Source of the DNA: an uncultured Bacilli bacterium
GTDB taxonomy: Bacteria > Bacillota_I > Bacilli_A > RFN20 > CAG-826
DNA: 47,972 bases
NCBI GenBank assembly: GCA_905236395.1
Contig: CAJOPR010000008.1
Coordinates: 1-47,972, forward strand
Direction of reading: 5' to 3'
How positions within the stretch are numbered: position 1 is the first letter of the stretch; every line of letters begins with the position of its first letter. Of this stretch, positions 1 to 8,513 are shown piece by piece. The notes under the pieces were generated by a model, which saw only the letters and a list, made by a program, of their open reading frames with translations, ran no database searches and was not told where the DNA came from. The position numbers and the translations under genes are program-made.

Positions 1-1540
1 AGATGTTACCGATTTTGAAGAAACATTTAACTATTCTAAAGAACAAGCACCAGTCGTTGGTGTCTTAGTTATTGATAACTATGAAGACGTTGTTCGTGGT
101 GATGATGACTTTAACGATATTGCCACTAAAGTGAAAAACGTTATTTTCAATTACTGCAGAGAATATGGTGTTCTTCTAAGAAGAATTAAGAACGACAGTT
201 ATTCTTTGCTTTGCAACTTTAAAAACTATACAAGAATGAAAGCTAACCACTTCTCCATCATCGACCAAGTTCGTGAAGTGAGTGGTGGCACTGATATTCC
301 ATTAACATTATCTATTGGCTTAGCCAGAGAATTCCCAGACGTTATTAAACTTAACGAACTCGCTAATGAAGCATTAGATATCGCTATGAGCCGTGGTGGT
401 GACCAAGTCTGTGTTGCTGTTTATGGTAGTGAAATGGAATTCTATGGTGGCAAGACCGAAGCCCAAGAAAAACGTAACAGAGTTAAAGACCGTGTTTTAG
501 CGGACTCCTTAATGACTTTAATAAAGTCATCAAGCAACATTGTCGTCATGGGCCACGCGATGATGGACATGGACGCGTTAGGCGCATGCTTAGGTATTAA
601 GGCCATTTGTACTCGTTTAGAGAAGAAATGCCGTATGGTTGTTGATTTAAAGAATACTGAAAGTAAAGCTAGATCAGCATTTACATCTTCTTTCTCAAAA
701 GAAGAATTAGAAGAAATTATGATTTCTCCTTCACAAGCGCTTGATGTAATCACACCTAACACATTGCTCGTAGTCGTAGATGTGCACATACCTGCGATGG
801 TTATGGCACCGAAACTACTTGATAAGAGCACAAAAGTCGTGGTTATCGACCATCATAGAAGAGGTGAAGAATATATTGAATCACCTGTCTTTAACCATAT
901 CGATCCTGCCGCAAGTTCAACTTGTGAAATTATTGCTGAATTTATTAGATTCTGTTCCATCTCTCCGAGAGTGGAAATTCCATCTATGTACGCAACAATT
1001 ATGCTCTCTGGTATCTTCCTAGATTCTAACCACTTTAAGAGCAAAGTCACTGGTTTAAGAACATTTGAAAGCTGCACTATTCTAAAAGAATATGGTGCGG
1101 ATAACTCCATGGCTGATGACTTCCTAAAAGACGACTATGAAGAATACAGTGTGGTTACGGAACTAGTTTCTAAACTAGAGCACCCTGCTTATGGTGTGGT
1201 ATGTGCATTCGCGCCTGAAGATAAAGTCGTTGATGATTCATCAATTTCTAAAGCAGCGAACTTGTGTATGACCCTTAAGGGTAATCATGCCTGTTTTGTG
1301 TGTGCACATACATCACCCAAAAAAGTGAAAATATCCGCACGTAGTGATGGTTCTATTAACGTTCAGCTTTTAGCTGAGAAACTCGGAGGTGGAGGACACT
1401 TCTCCAGCGCCGCTATTACATTTGATAATTCCCGCATCTCTGATATCAAAGATGCGTTATATGCTGTTATTCAAAAGCATCTCAATGAAGCTACCGCTGA
1501 TGCCAAGAGCAGAAAATTTGAAGTGGAAATGGATGATTAA
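1..1540 (+). CDS. gdpP: cyclic-di-AMP phosphodiesterase GdpP, 5'-truncated by the window edge
   Basis: Frame is open from nt 2 upstream of the listed 131 start. DHH motif (VVIDHHRRG) and DHHA1 motif (KLGGGGHFSSAA) are present. It lies directly upstream of rplI-dnaB as in Bacillota. Confidence 0.85.
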   Translation, partial: DVTDFEETFNYSKEQAPVVGVLVIDNYEDVVRGDDDFNDIATKVKNVIFNYCREYGVLLRRIKNDSYSLLCNFKNYTRMKANHFSIIDQVREVSGGTDIPLTLSIGLAREFPDVIKLNELANEALDIAMSRGGDQVCVAVYGSEMEFYGGKTEAQEKRNRVKDRVLADSLMTLIKSSSNIVVMGHAMMDMDALGACLGIKAICTRLEKKCRMVVDLKNTESKARSAFTSSFSKEELEEIMISPSQALDVITPNTLLVVVDVHIPAMVMAPKLLDKSTKVVVIDHHRRGEEYIESPVFNHIDPAASSTCEIIAEFIRFCSISPRVEIPSMYATIMLSGIFLDSNHFKSKVTGLRTFESCTILKEYGADNSMADDFLKDDYEEYSVVTELVSKLEHPAYGVVCAFAPEDKVVDDSSISKAANLCMTLKGNHACFVCAHTSPKKVKISARSDGSINVQLLAEKLGGGGHFSSAAITFDNSRISDIKDALYAVIQKHLNEATADAKSRKFEVEMDD

Positions 1541-1542
1541 TT

Positions 1543-1992
1543 ATGAAAGTAATTTTGCTTAAAGACGTAAAGAAAGTTGGCAAAAAAGATCAGACCGTAG
1601 AAGTCAGTGACGGCTACGCGAAGAACTTCCTTTTCCCACAAAAGTTAGCTGTTCCACTCACTAAGACATCCACTCAGATCTTAGCGAATCAAAAAGAAGC
1701 GGAGCGCTTAGAGTTTGAAAGAAAACAAGCGGAAGCTAGAGACATCTCTAAGAGATTAGAAGAAATCACATTAGAGTTTACTCTTAAAGGTAATAATGGA
1801 CGTTGTTTCGGAAATATATCTGCAAAGCAGATTGAAGAGAAACTCTTAAGCGAATATAACATCGTTATCGATAAGAGAAAATTTGTTGATAAGAAACCAT
1901 TAGATGCCTTTGGTATCTATAGATTAAAAATAGAACTCTTTAAAGGAGTTATCGGTGAAATAAAAGTACATGTAAAGGAGGAAGGAAAATAA
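1543..1992 (+). CDS. rplI: 50S ribosomal protein L9
   Basis: N-terminus MKVILLKDVKKVGKKDQTVEVSDGYAKNFLFPQKLAV is the canonical L9 signature. Length is 149 aa. Confidence 0.95.
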   Translation: MKVILLKDVKKVGKKDQTVEVSDGYAKNFLFPQKLAVPLTKTSTQILANQKEAERLEFERKQAEARDISKRLEEITLEFTLKGNNGRCFGNISAKQIEEKLLSEYNIVIDKRKFVDKKPLDAFGIYRLKIELFKGVIGEIKVHVKEEGK

Positions 1993-3500
1993 TGGCCAAT
2001 TATAAAACACCTAAAAAAGCTAGAACTGATTTGCCTTATAATTCGCAAGCAGAAAAGGCTGTTTTAGGTAGCGCTATGTTAAATAGCGATGCAATGTATA
2101 CAGTTTTATCTTCCCTCCTTGAAGATGACTTCTTTGAAGGAAGACACCAACTCATTTATCGCGCTATTAATCAACTCCGTGAAAGAGGTGTTAACGTTGA
2201 CTTATTAACGGCCTCTGAAGAGTTGTTAAATATGAAAGAACTCGACAACATCGGTGGTGTTGAGTACTTACAAGAATGTTGTGATTCCATGGTGGCTTTC
2301 GCTAACCTTGATCACTACATCGCAATCGTCAACGATCAATCCTGTTTAAGAAAGTTACTTCTCACAATCAGAAAGATCGATGAAAAGTACCATAACGAAG
2401 AAATTGATAACATCAATGACTTTATTCTTAATAGTGAAGAAATGATTAAAGATGCGACTGAAAAGAGAAGAATTTCTCAATTCAAACCCACAAGAGATGT
2501 GGCGCCTGAAGTGGAAAGCATCATTAAATCCGCAAGAGAATTAGAGGATGATGATGTTACCGGTATTAATACCGGATACGAAGGTATTAACAAGAAAACA
2601 CAAGGTTTCCAAAGAAGTAACCTTATCATTCTTGCTGCTAGACCTGCTGTTGGTAAAACCGCTTTAGCCCTTAACTTTGCCTATCGTGTGGCAACCAGAG
2701 CGAAAGTCCCGGTGGCGATCTTCTCATTAGAAATGTCTTCTGAGTTATTAGTGAGAAGACTTATTGCTTCTGAATCATACATCCCATTACAGTCCTTAAG
2801 CACAGGCAAGCTCACAGGTGAGCAACGTATTAAGCTCGCAGACGCAGTCAAGCGTGTGGGTAATGCGCCTATATACATTGATGACACTCCAGGTAATAAA
2901 TTAATGGACATCATCGCTAAGAGTAGAAAACTTATCGCTAAGGAACCAAACCTTGGTTTGATTGTTGTCGACTACTTAGGTTTAGTGGAAACTTCCGGCA
3001 ACGGAAAAGGAAATGATTCCCGCCAAGAAGAAGTCCGTAAGATTTCTTTAGCGTTAAAACAATTATCATTGGAATTAAAAATTCCAATCTTGGCCTTATC
3101 ACAGTTATCACGTCGTGTTGAACAAGATAAGAGAAAACCACAATTAAGTGACTTACGTGATAGTGGTTCTATCGAACAGGACGCTGACGTTGTTATGCTC
3201 ATGCATAGAGAAGACTATGGTAAAGAGAGCAAAAACAACGCTAACGAGAATAAAAAGATTAGTGAACTAAGCGAAGACGAGAGAAAGAAACTGTCCTATG
3301 GACAACAACAACAAATGCTCGCTGAGCAAATGCCTGGTGACGCTTCATTTGTTGAAGTAATCGTCGCTAAGAACAGAAACGGTCAAACTGGTAGTGTTGG
3401 TCTCTTCTTCTATAAATCTTTCGGTCGTTTCGATACCCCACCAAGAGAATGGGAAGAAAAGATGAAAGAAATTAGCAACCAAATGGCTGCTGCTGACTAA
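1992..3500 (+). CDS. dnaB: replicative DNA helicase (DnaB family)
   Basis: Contains the N-terminal PYNSQAEKAVLGS motif, Walker A ARPAVGKTA, DSGSIEQDADVV and IVAKNRNG. The start overlaps the rplI stop (TAATG). Confidence 0.95.
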   Translation: MANYKTPKKARTDLPYNSQAEKAVLGSAMLNSDAMYTVLSSLLEDDFFEGRHQLIYRAINQLRERGVNVDLLTASEELLNMKELDNIGGVEYLQECCDSMVAFANLDHYIAIVNDQSCLRKLLLTIRKIDEKYHNEEIDNINDFILNSEEMIKDATEKRRISQFKPTRDVAPEVESIIKSARELEDDDVTGINTGYEGINKKTQGFQRSNLIILAARPAVGKTALALNFAYRVATRAKVPVAIFSLEMSSELLVRRLIASESYIPLQSLSTGKLTGEQRIKLADAVKRVGNAPIYIDDTPGNKLMDIIAKSRKLIAKEPNLGLIVVDYLGLVETSGNGKGNDSRQEEVRKISLALKQLSLELKIPILALSQLSRRVEQDKRKPQLSDLRDSGSIEQDADVVMLMHREDYGKESKNNANENKKISELSEDERKKLSYGQQQQMLAEQMPGDASFVEVIVAKNRNGQTGSVGLFFYKSFGRFDTPPREWEEKMKEISNQMAAAD

Positions 3501-3501
3501 T

Positions 3502-4254
3502 ATGTTTTTTAACATCATCGCTAGTGGTTCCAAAGGAAATGCTAGTTTAGTTATATATAAAAAGACTGTGATACTCATTGATATGGGTATCACTTTAACA
3601 CGTCTTACTGAAGGACTCAGTGAAGCCAATTTAACTATGGATGATATCACTGGTGCAATATTCACCCATGATCATTCTGATCACATATGTGGTATTAGAT
3701 TTTTATCACCAAAAATCATGTATGGTTTAAAAGGCACACTACCTTCCTTGTGTAATGTTGTAGAACTTAATAAACCATTCACCATAGGTGATATGGAAAT
3801 CACACCATTTGAGACTAGCCATGACGCGAAGAATCCTTGTGGATATCTTTTAAAGGCGGGGGATGAATCTCTTGTTTATATGACCGATACAGGGTGCTTC
3901 TTAGAAGAATCACTTCCTTTGATTAAAAACCCCACATATTTGATTATTGAATCTAATCATGATATTAAAATGCTTTTAGCGACGAACAGAACATATGAGT
4001 TAAAGCAAAGAATTCTTTCAGAATTAGGACATCTTTGCAACGAAGATAGCGCAATCGCGGCATCTGAGATAATTGGTAAAGACACAAAAGAAATTGTACT
4101 AGCTCATTTATCTGAAGAAGCTAACACCCCAGAACTCGCTTTAGCGGCATATCTCAAAGTATTCAAACACTTTGGTATTAATATTGATAATTACAGAGTA
4201 AGATGCGCAAATCAGCACGTTTCTTTATTAGGAGGTAATCTTGATGAAGATTAG
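3502..4254 (+). CDS. MBL-fold metallo-hydrolase, YycJ/WalJ-like
   Basis: ASGSKGNA N-terminus and HxHxDH motif (THDHSDHICG). Its position between dnaB and rlmH resembles the Bacillus yycJ region. Confidence 0.8.
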   Translation: MFFNIIASGSKGNASLVIYKKTVILIDMGITLTRLTEGLSEANLTMDDITGAIFTHDHSDHICGIRFLSPKIMYGLKGTLPSLCNVVELNKPFTIGDMEITPFETSHDAKNPCGYLLKAGDESLVYMTDTGCFLEESLPLIKNPTYLIIESNHDIKMLLATNRTYELKQRILSELGHLCNEDSAIAASEIIGKDTKEIVLAHLSEEANTPELALAAYLKVFKHFGINIDNYRVRCANQHVSLLGGNLDED

Positions 4255-4723
4255 AATTTACGCGATTGGTAAGATTAAAGAAAGATACCTCAAAGAAGGT
4301 ATTGAAGAATATCTCAATAGAATCAAACCATATTCACAAATTGAAATAGTGGAACTTGCAGATGAACCTATCATAGATAATCCACATCCATCAGAGATCA
4401 AAAAGGCTATTGATACCGAAGGTAATAGAGTACTTAAGTTGTTAAAACCAAATGAACACCTCATTGGTTTAGATTTAAATAGAAAAGAACTTGATAGTGT
4501 ATCATTTGCTTCTTATCTAAATAAGCAATTTGTCATAGGTGGTTCTTCAATTAGCTTTGTAATTGGAGGATCCTATGGCTTAAGTGATGAATTAAAGAAG
4601 AGATGTAATGACTTTATTTCATTAAGTAAGATGACGTTCTTACATCAAATGACAAGATTAATCTTGTTGGAACAGATTTATAGAGCGTTTAAAATAAATA
4701 GAAACGAGACGTATCACAAATGA
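4244..4723 (+). CDS. rlmH: 23S rRNA (pseudouridine1915-N3)-methyltransferase RlmH
   Basis: MKIRIYAIGKIKE start and C-terminal SPOUT knot region (SLSKMTFLHQMTRLILLEQIYRAF). AGGAGG at 4230-4235 lies 8 nt before the ATG at 4244, so the TTG at 4241 is less likely. Confidence 0.9.
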   Translation: MKIRIYAIGKIKERYLKEGIEEYLNRIKPYSQIEIVELADEPIIDNPHPSEIKKAIDTEGNRVLKLLKPNEHLIGLDLNRKELDSVSFASYLNKQFVIGGSSISFVIGGSYGLSDELKKRCNDFISLSKMTFLHQMTRLILLEQIYRAFKINRNETYHK

Positions 4724-5061
4724 TTTACGAAGAATTTAAACAATATAAATTAGAGATGGATAATAATAATCCGTTCTGCAATAGATATTTCCTTGAAAGT
4801 GGAGAAGTATTCTACATAGAACCCGCTTTCTATACTCAATTAAAAGGATTCAAAGATAGACACAGTAATGAGGACTATCAAAGAATCATTAATAGGATGA
4901 TAGAAGTGGTGAAGAAAAACAAAAGAGTGGTGTTTGTGGGAAACTTTGAATATCCTCAAACAGAAGTAGAAGACTTTATATTCTTAGAAATAACTGACAT
5001 AACAGATCCACTTAAAATCTTCGTAGAAGATAAATCTCGTGGTTCTGATTACGGAGATTAA
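4720..5061 (+). CDS. hypothetical protein (113 aa), no family recognised
   Basis: ATGA overlap with the rlmH stop suggests translational coupling. A hairpin terminator follows. Confidence 0.5.
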   Translation: MIYEEFKQYKLEMDNNNPFCNRYFLESGEVFYIEPAFYTQLKGFKDRHSNEDYQRIINRMIEVVKKNKRVVFVGNFEYPQTEVEDFIFLEITDITDPLKIFVEDKSRGSDYGD

Positions 5062-5097
5062 AAAAACAATCGGTTCATGACGCCGATTGTTTTAATT
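5061..5097. terminator. bidirectional rho-independent terminator
   Basis: 8-bp stem acaatcgg/ccgattgt (5066-5073 / 5083-5090) is flanked by an A-run upstream and a T-run downstream. It lies between convergent genes. Confidence 0.6.
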
Positions 5098-5110
5098 TGT
5101 TTATTAATTA

Positions 5111-5626
5111 TTAGGCAACGTATGAGATTGTCATGCCTGTAATTTTGGCTTGTTTTTCAGCTGATAATGTGATTGAAGTAGCGCTTCCTGACCATGCACC
5201 ATTTTTGGTTCCGTCTGTATATGTGTAGCCTTCACCAGATAATTGGTTTGGACCACCTTTATCAGATGATGTGTTATTTGCAAATGTAAATGCGATACTA
5301 GAGATTGTTGCGCCACTAATTGTGATGGTTTTTCCTGCATAAACTCTGACTTCATTGTTATCGTCGAAGTGTTTGTAAACGCCGTTCCATGTAACTGTAA
5401 TTGCGCCGACTGTCTTTGTGACATCACCAACTTCTGAATCGGCATCGCCCATTTGACTAACGATTTCAACTGTTTGCGCTCCGCCGCCACCTTGGCTTCC
5501 TCCGGATCCTTCGCCGCCACCTTGGCTGCCACCTTGGCTGCCACCCTGGCCGCCTTTACCGCCTGTACAGCCAGCTAATAATAATCCAGCTGTTAATGCG
5601 AAGATAGGTAATAATTTCTTTAACAT
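5111..5626 (-). CDS. lipoprotein with a Gly/Ser/Gln-rich linker
   Basis: Signal peptide plus lipobox (LLLAGC), then the GGKGGQGGSQGGSQGGGEGSGGSQGGGG linker and a roughly 120-aa beta-rich domain. Confidence 0.75.
   Translation of the reverse strand: MLKKLLPIFALTAGLLLAGCTGGKGGQGGSQGGSQGGGEGSGGSQGGGGAQTVEIVSQMGDADSEVGDVTKTVGAITVTWNGVYKHFDDNNEVRVYAGKTITISGATISSIAFTFANNTSSDKGGPNQLSGEGYTYTDGTKNGAWSGSATSITLSAEKQAKITGMTISYVA
5516..5551. repeat. 12-bp tandem repeat (gccaccttggct x2 plus one degenerate copy), with another copy at 5486-5497
   Basis: Read directly from the sequence. It encodes the GGSQ repeats of the lipoprotein linker. Confidence 0.8.
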
Positions 5627-5680
5627 ATTAGTTTTTTTCTCCTATATGTAATTATTCTAGCACATATAGAATAATTTGAA

Positions 5681-5706
5681 AGAAAGAAAAACCCCGCATA
5701 GCGGGG
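5681..5706 (-). terminator. rho-independent terminator of the 5714-6799 gene
   Basis: Stem ccccgc/gcgggg (5692-5697 / 5701-5706) with a 3-nt loop. On the minus strand it is followed by tttttctttct. Confidence 0.65.
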
Positions 5707-5713
5707 TATTTAC

Positions 5714-6799
5714 TTATTGTTGAGCGGTTGGATTGAGCTGTCTCATCGCTAACCACATTGTTCTTAAACCGATTAAGACAATGTATGCTAGACCAGCGGC
5801 TTGTGCCCAGACAAATCCTAAGACCATTGCGAGCACTGCAGGGGTGAAGCAGATCCACCAGGAGATTTTGATACCAATCCAGACTGTTAAGTTTCTATTT
5901 GGATTGTTCTTACCACGTGTTAATAGCCATAGCATGAAGCCCATGAACACACCTAATGCGAGGTAGATGCCCCAGTATAATCCAGAGTTGAACCAGAAGG
6001 TTCTTGTCTTTTGGTTGAGATAAGCATCATTGGAGATTTGTTTCCAATTTGCTAAAGCACCTTGGACATAATTCAAATCTTCCACAACTGGGGTTTCAAA
6101 ACCTTCAACGGTAAGGAGACTTGTTAATAGTTCTTCGAACTTAGCGTTTTTCCAGTCAAGGTTCACATAAGTTGAACTTGCTGCGGTAGCGGTGTTCATC
6201 TTGTAGATCTTGGAATAGAAACCAGTCTTATAAAGAATTAAATATGAAGGAATGTAAACACTCTTTTTATCATCTGTTTCAGCATTGAATAATCTATCTT
6301 CACCTAAAGCATACTTTGTAGCTTCGATGGTTTTGATCAATGACTTAACTGTTTTGCCTGAACCAGAATATGGTCTATCTGTGTAATAGAGATTGAAGGA
6401 ACGTTGTGTAACACCTTCTCTAGTAGTGGAGTATTTAGCGATAGGAGTTTCATCTTTGCTGACTCCATCAACTTCCACCCAAGTTTGCTCTTGAACTGTT
6501 TCACCAATTCTTTCAATTAATTGATTGTCTTCAACTTTGAAGGAATAGGATGCTGTTTTGAGTTGAACACCACAGGTGACAAGTCCTTGCTCATAACCAT
6601 ATGTTGTTGCGCTGACATATGAAGCACCATAGGTCTTACTGGCGTTAACCATAATTGGAATAATTGGTAAGAATGTACCAATCACAAACATGATGACGCC
6701 GATCCACCATGGAGCGGTTTTAGCGCCTTCAATTGCCGCGTCATTCTTAATTAGTGATAAGAATGTCGTTTTTAATGTTCTCTTTGTATTTTCTTTCAT
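5714..6799 (-). CDS. membrane protein with a large extracytoplasmic loop (361 aa), family not recognised
   Basis: One N-terminal TM helix (WWIGVIMFVIGTFLPIIPIMV), a hydrophilic region of about 220 aa, then 3-4 C-terminal TM helices. Confidence 0.7.
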   Translation of the reverse strand: MKENTKRTLKTTFLSLIKNDAAIEGAKTAPWWIGVIMFVIGTFLPIIPIMVNASKTYGASYVSATTYGYEQGLVTCGVQLKTASYSFKVEDNQLIERIGETVQEQTWVEVDGVSKDETPIAKYSTTREGVTQRSFNLYYTDRPYSGSGKTVKSLIKTIEATKYALGEDRLFNAETDDKKSVYIPSYLILYKTGFYSKIYKMNTATAASSTYVNLDWKNAKFEELLTSLLTVEGFETPVVEDLNYVQGALANWKQISNDAYLNQKTRTFWFNSGLYWGIYLALGVFMGFMLWLLTRGKNNPNRNLTVWIGIKISWWICFTPAVLAMVLGFVWAQAAGLAYIVLIGLRTMWLAMRQLNPTAQQ

Positions 6800-6823
6800 A
6801 TTACTTTTTCCGTTCGGTTGTAT

Positions 6824-6852
6824 ATTGTATGTTAACCCCCGCTATTTTTCAA
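6824..6852 (-). promoter_or_regulatory. candidate sigma-70 promoter for the 5714-6799 gene
   Basis: Minus strand reads TTGAAA (6852-6847), a 17-nt spacer, then TACAAT (6829-6824). Confidence 0.4.
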
Positions 6853-6872
6853 ATAGTTTAGAAAATACCTAT

Positions 6873-6917
6873 ATAAAAAAATAAGGGCTAATTTGCATAG
6901 CAAATCATAACCCTTAT
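6873..6917 (-). terminator. rho-independent terminator of the 6938-7639 gene
   Basis: Long hairpin with outer stem ataaggg/cccttat (6881-6887 / 6911-6917) and inner stem atttgc/gcaaat. A T-run follows on the minus strand. Confidence 0.55.
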
Positions 6918-6937
6918 TAATATATTCCTAATCTAGC

Positions 6938-7639
6938 TTATTCTTGTTTCTCTTCAACAGCTGGTTTTTCTTCTGGCTTCGGTTCTTCCTTTTTAGCCCA
7001 ATCACGATAGGCGAGCACTGCGTAAACGCCTTCGAATGCGACTGGTAATCCAAGTAATGCTAAGCCCACCATTAAGATTGTGATACCGATAGCGGGATCA
7101 TCAGCGACTGCGGCGATAATGCCACCGACTAACGCTAGGACAGCACACACAAACACCAACACTGCAACGACAATGATATGGATAATCGCGGCTTTGTTGT
7201 GTTTTCTTTCAAGATCGATTTCTTTATCGATTCTCTCATCGAGAGGAGAGATGTGGAAGTGGAATCCACCTAAGCTTGCTACATAACCAGCACATTGTGT
7301 GAAGAAGTAGCAGATGTAGATATCAACAATCATCAATGCGTAGAACACATAGAAGATGAAGATAATTGGCCAGGATAGATAATAAATTAACATCCTGAAC
7401 GCTAAATGGTGTTCTTTAGTTTCATCTTTGATGAGATTATGTAAGAACTTAATAGGTGCCTCAACAATGGTGAAGAAAATCGCACTAAAGAATGTCCATG
7501 CTACCATCACTCCAAATAAGATAAAGAATGGGCACATAAAAATACCAACAAAAACAGCGAGAACTTTGTTTAATTGTTTGTATTTTTTGAATGCGAGAAA
7601 TTCACGTGCTAAACGCTTCGTATTTTCAAAAAATTGCAT
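6938..7639 (-). CDS. polytopic membrane protein (233 aa) with a Lys/Glu/Pro-rich C-terminal tail
   Basis: About 5 hydrophobic helices and the tail KKEEPKPEEKPAVEEKQE. SD AAGAGG lies upstream of the ATG. Confidence 0.7.
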   Translation of the reverse strand: MQFFENTKRLAREFLAFKKYKQLNKVLAVFVGIFMCPFFILFGVMVAWTFFSAIFFTIVEAPIKFLHNLIKDETKEHHLAFRMLIYYLSWPIIFIFYVFYALMIVDIYICYFFTQCAGYVASLGGFHFHISPLDERIDKEIDLERKHNKAAIIHIIVVAVLVFVCAVLALVGGIIAAVADDPAIGITILMVGLALLGLPVAFEGVYAVLAYRDWAKKEEPKPEEKPAVEEKQE

Positions 7640-7751
7640 AGTATTTACCTCTTACCATTATTTTAACAATTTTATTCGACTGTGATTATCTTTTTATTTA
7701 TTTTTCAATCAATAAAAGTTATAGTATTTAGGCTACTTAGGTAGCACACAT

Positions 7752-8145
7752 GGGGTCGTATTGGATTCGACAGGGGTGTGCTAGGCTCTAATTGCAGTCG
7801 AGTGATGACGTTATCATCAAAAGAAAAATAACTGACAACAGTTATATGAGAGCTCCTAGAGCTCAATCTCTCTGCTTAGCATAATTGCTCCCGACATAGG
7901 GTACTGGTCTCTTTAGATCAGACAGAGCATCCTCCAAGGTTTTAGCCTTTCACGCTTGGGTAGGGTGTCATACCAAAAGGATAGGAAATAGGAGTGGACT
8001 TGTTACTTGTTTCTGAAATCCGGTAAGTCTCGCGTATTGTAGTGAGTCGATATACGAAAATACGTTAAATATAAATATCGTCTAAACTGTAGACGTTATT
8101 GAAGAGCCATCCTTGGACAGGGTTTCGACACCCTCGACTCCACCA
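7752..8145 (+). ncRNA. ssrA: tmRNA (transfer-messenger RNA) with encoded CCA
   Basis: 5' end is ggggtcgtattggattcgacaggg and 3' end is ggacagggtttcgacaccctcgactccacca. Acceptor stem ggggtcg pairs with cgactcc via one G-U pair. The tag ORF follows aaaataact (compare B. subtilis aaauaac-GGC): gac aac agt tat atg aga gct cct aga gct caa tct ctc tgc tta gca taa (7834-7884), giving (A)DNSYMRAPRAQSLCLA. Confidence 0.9.
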
Positions 8146-8157
8146 GAAGAATATTAT

Positions 8158-8187
8158 TACCAAATCATATGATTTGGTATTTTTCTT
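8158..8187 (+). terminator. rho-independent terminator of ssrA
   Basis: 9-bp stem taccaaatc/gatttggta with loop atat, followed by tttttctt. Confidence 0.7.
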
Positions 8188-8197
8188 CAAATTGAGA

Positions 8198-8226
8198 TGT
8201 ACAATATCACGGAATAGTGATATAAT
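8198..8226 (+). promoter_or_regulatory. extended -10 promoter overlapped by a 7-bp inverted repeat (candidate operator)
   Basis: TGaTATAAT lies at 8218-8226 with a weak -35 tgtaca at 8198-8203. A perfect inverted repeat ATATCAC-n6-GTGATAT spans 8204-8223 and overlaps the -10. Confidence 0.45.
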
Positions 8227-8252
8227 ATAAGTGTAAGAAAGGAGGTATTTAA

Positions 8253-8507
8253 ATGCCAGTAATATCTAGGTTCTATGGCCTAGTTATTAAGATGTACTTC
8301 TCTCAAAAAGAACACCACCCACCACACATACATGTTAAATACGGCGAATATGTTTGCTCAATCGCAATTGCGGATGGACATATAGTTGATGGCAAACTAC
8401 CGCCTAAAGCATTACTATTAGCTCGCGAATGGTTGGAATTACACAGAGCTGAAGTACAGAAAATATGGGATACTCAGATATTTCAAAGCATCCCGGGATT
8501 GGAATAA
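8253..8507 (+). CDS. DUF4160-family protein (84 aa)
   Basis: MPVISRFYGLVIKMYFSQKEHHPPHIHVKYGEY is the characteristic DUF4160 N-terminus. Strong SD AAAGGAGG lies upstream. Confidence 0.85.
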   Translation: MPVISRFYGLVIKMYFSQKEHHPPHIHVKYGEYVCSIAIADGHIVDGKLPPKALLLAREWLELHRAEVQKIWDTQIFQSIPGLE

Positions 8508-8513
8508 AAAAAT

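Noticed and set aside
442-1110. ORFs antisense to or out of frame with gdpP (442-831 minus, 780-1022 plus, 853-1110 minus).
   Set aside because: They lie entirely inside a well-supported conserved gene. They have no SD or promoter context and their composition is typical of shadow frames.
3222-3350. Possibility that the DnaB insertion is an intein.
   Set aside because: About 43 aa is far too short. It has no Cys/Ser/Thr at the N-terminal junction, no His-Asn at the C-terminal junction and no intein blocks. It is a low-complexity hydrophilic sequence.
2681-3665. Several minus-strand ORFs (2681-2914, 2938-3141, 2972-3202, 3345-3665) opposite dnaB and the MBL gene.
   Set aside because: They are antisense to strongly conserved coding sequence and show no translation signals.
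5131-5544. 137-aa alternative-frame ORF on the minus strand within the lipoprotein gene.
   Set aside because: It is a shadow ORF created by the GC-rich repeat region. The other frame has a clean signal peptide, lipobox and SD.
6938-6990. Similar Lys/Glu/Pro-rich C-terminal tails (EEPKPEEKPAVEE at 6938-6990, EEEPKPAEEVKVE at about 18470-18549, KPAEEPVAEGP in the 43489-44034 protein) as evidence of a shared domain or recombination.
   Set aside because: The nucleotide sequences are not repeats of each other. The similarity is low-complexity composition typical of cytoplasmic tails, which is not enough to infer homology.
7697-7725. Promoter for ssrA (tatagt at 7720-7725 with tttatt as the -35).
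   Set aside because: The -35 match is poor and several alternative AT-rich hexamers fit equally well. The evidence is too weak to annotate.
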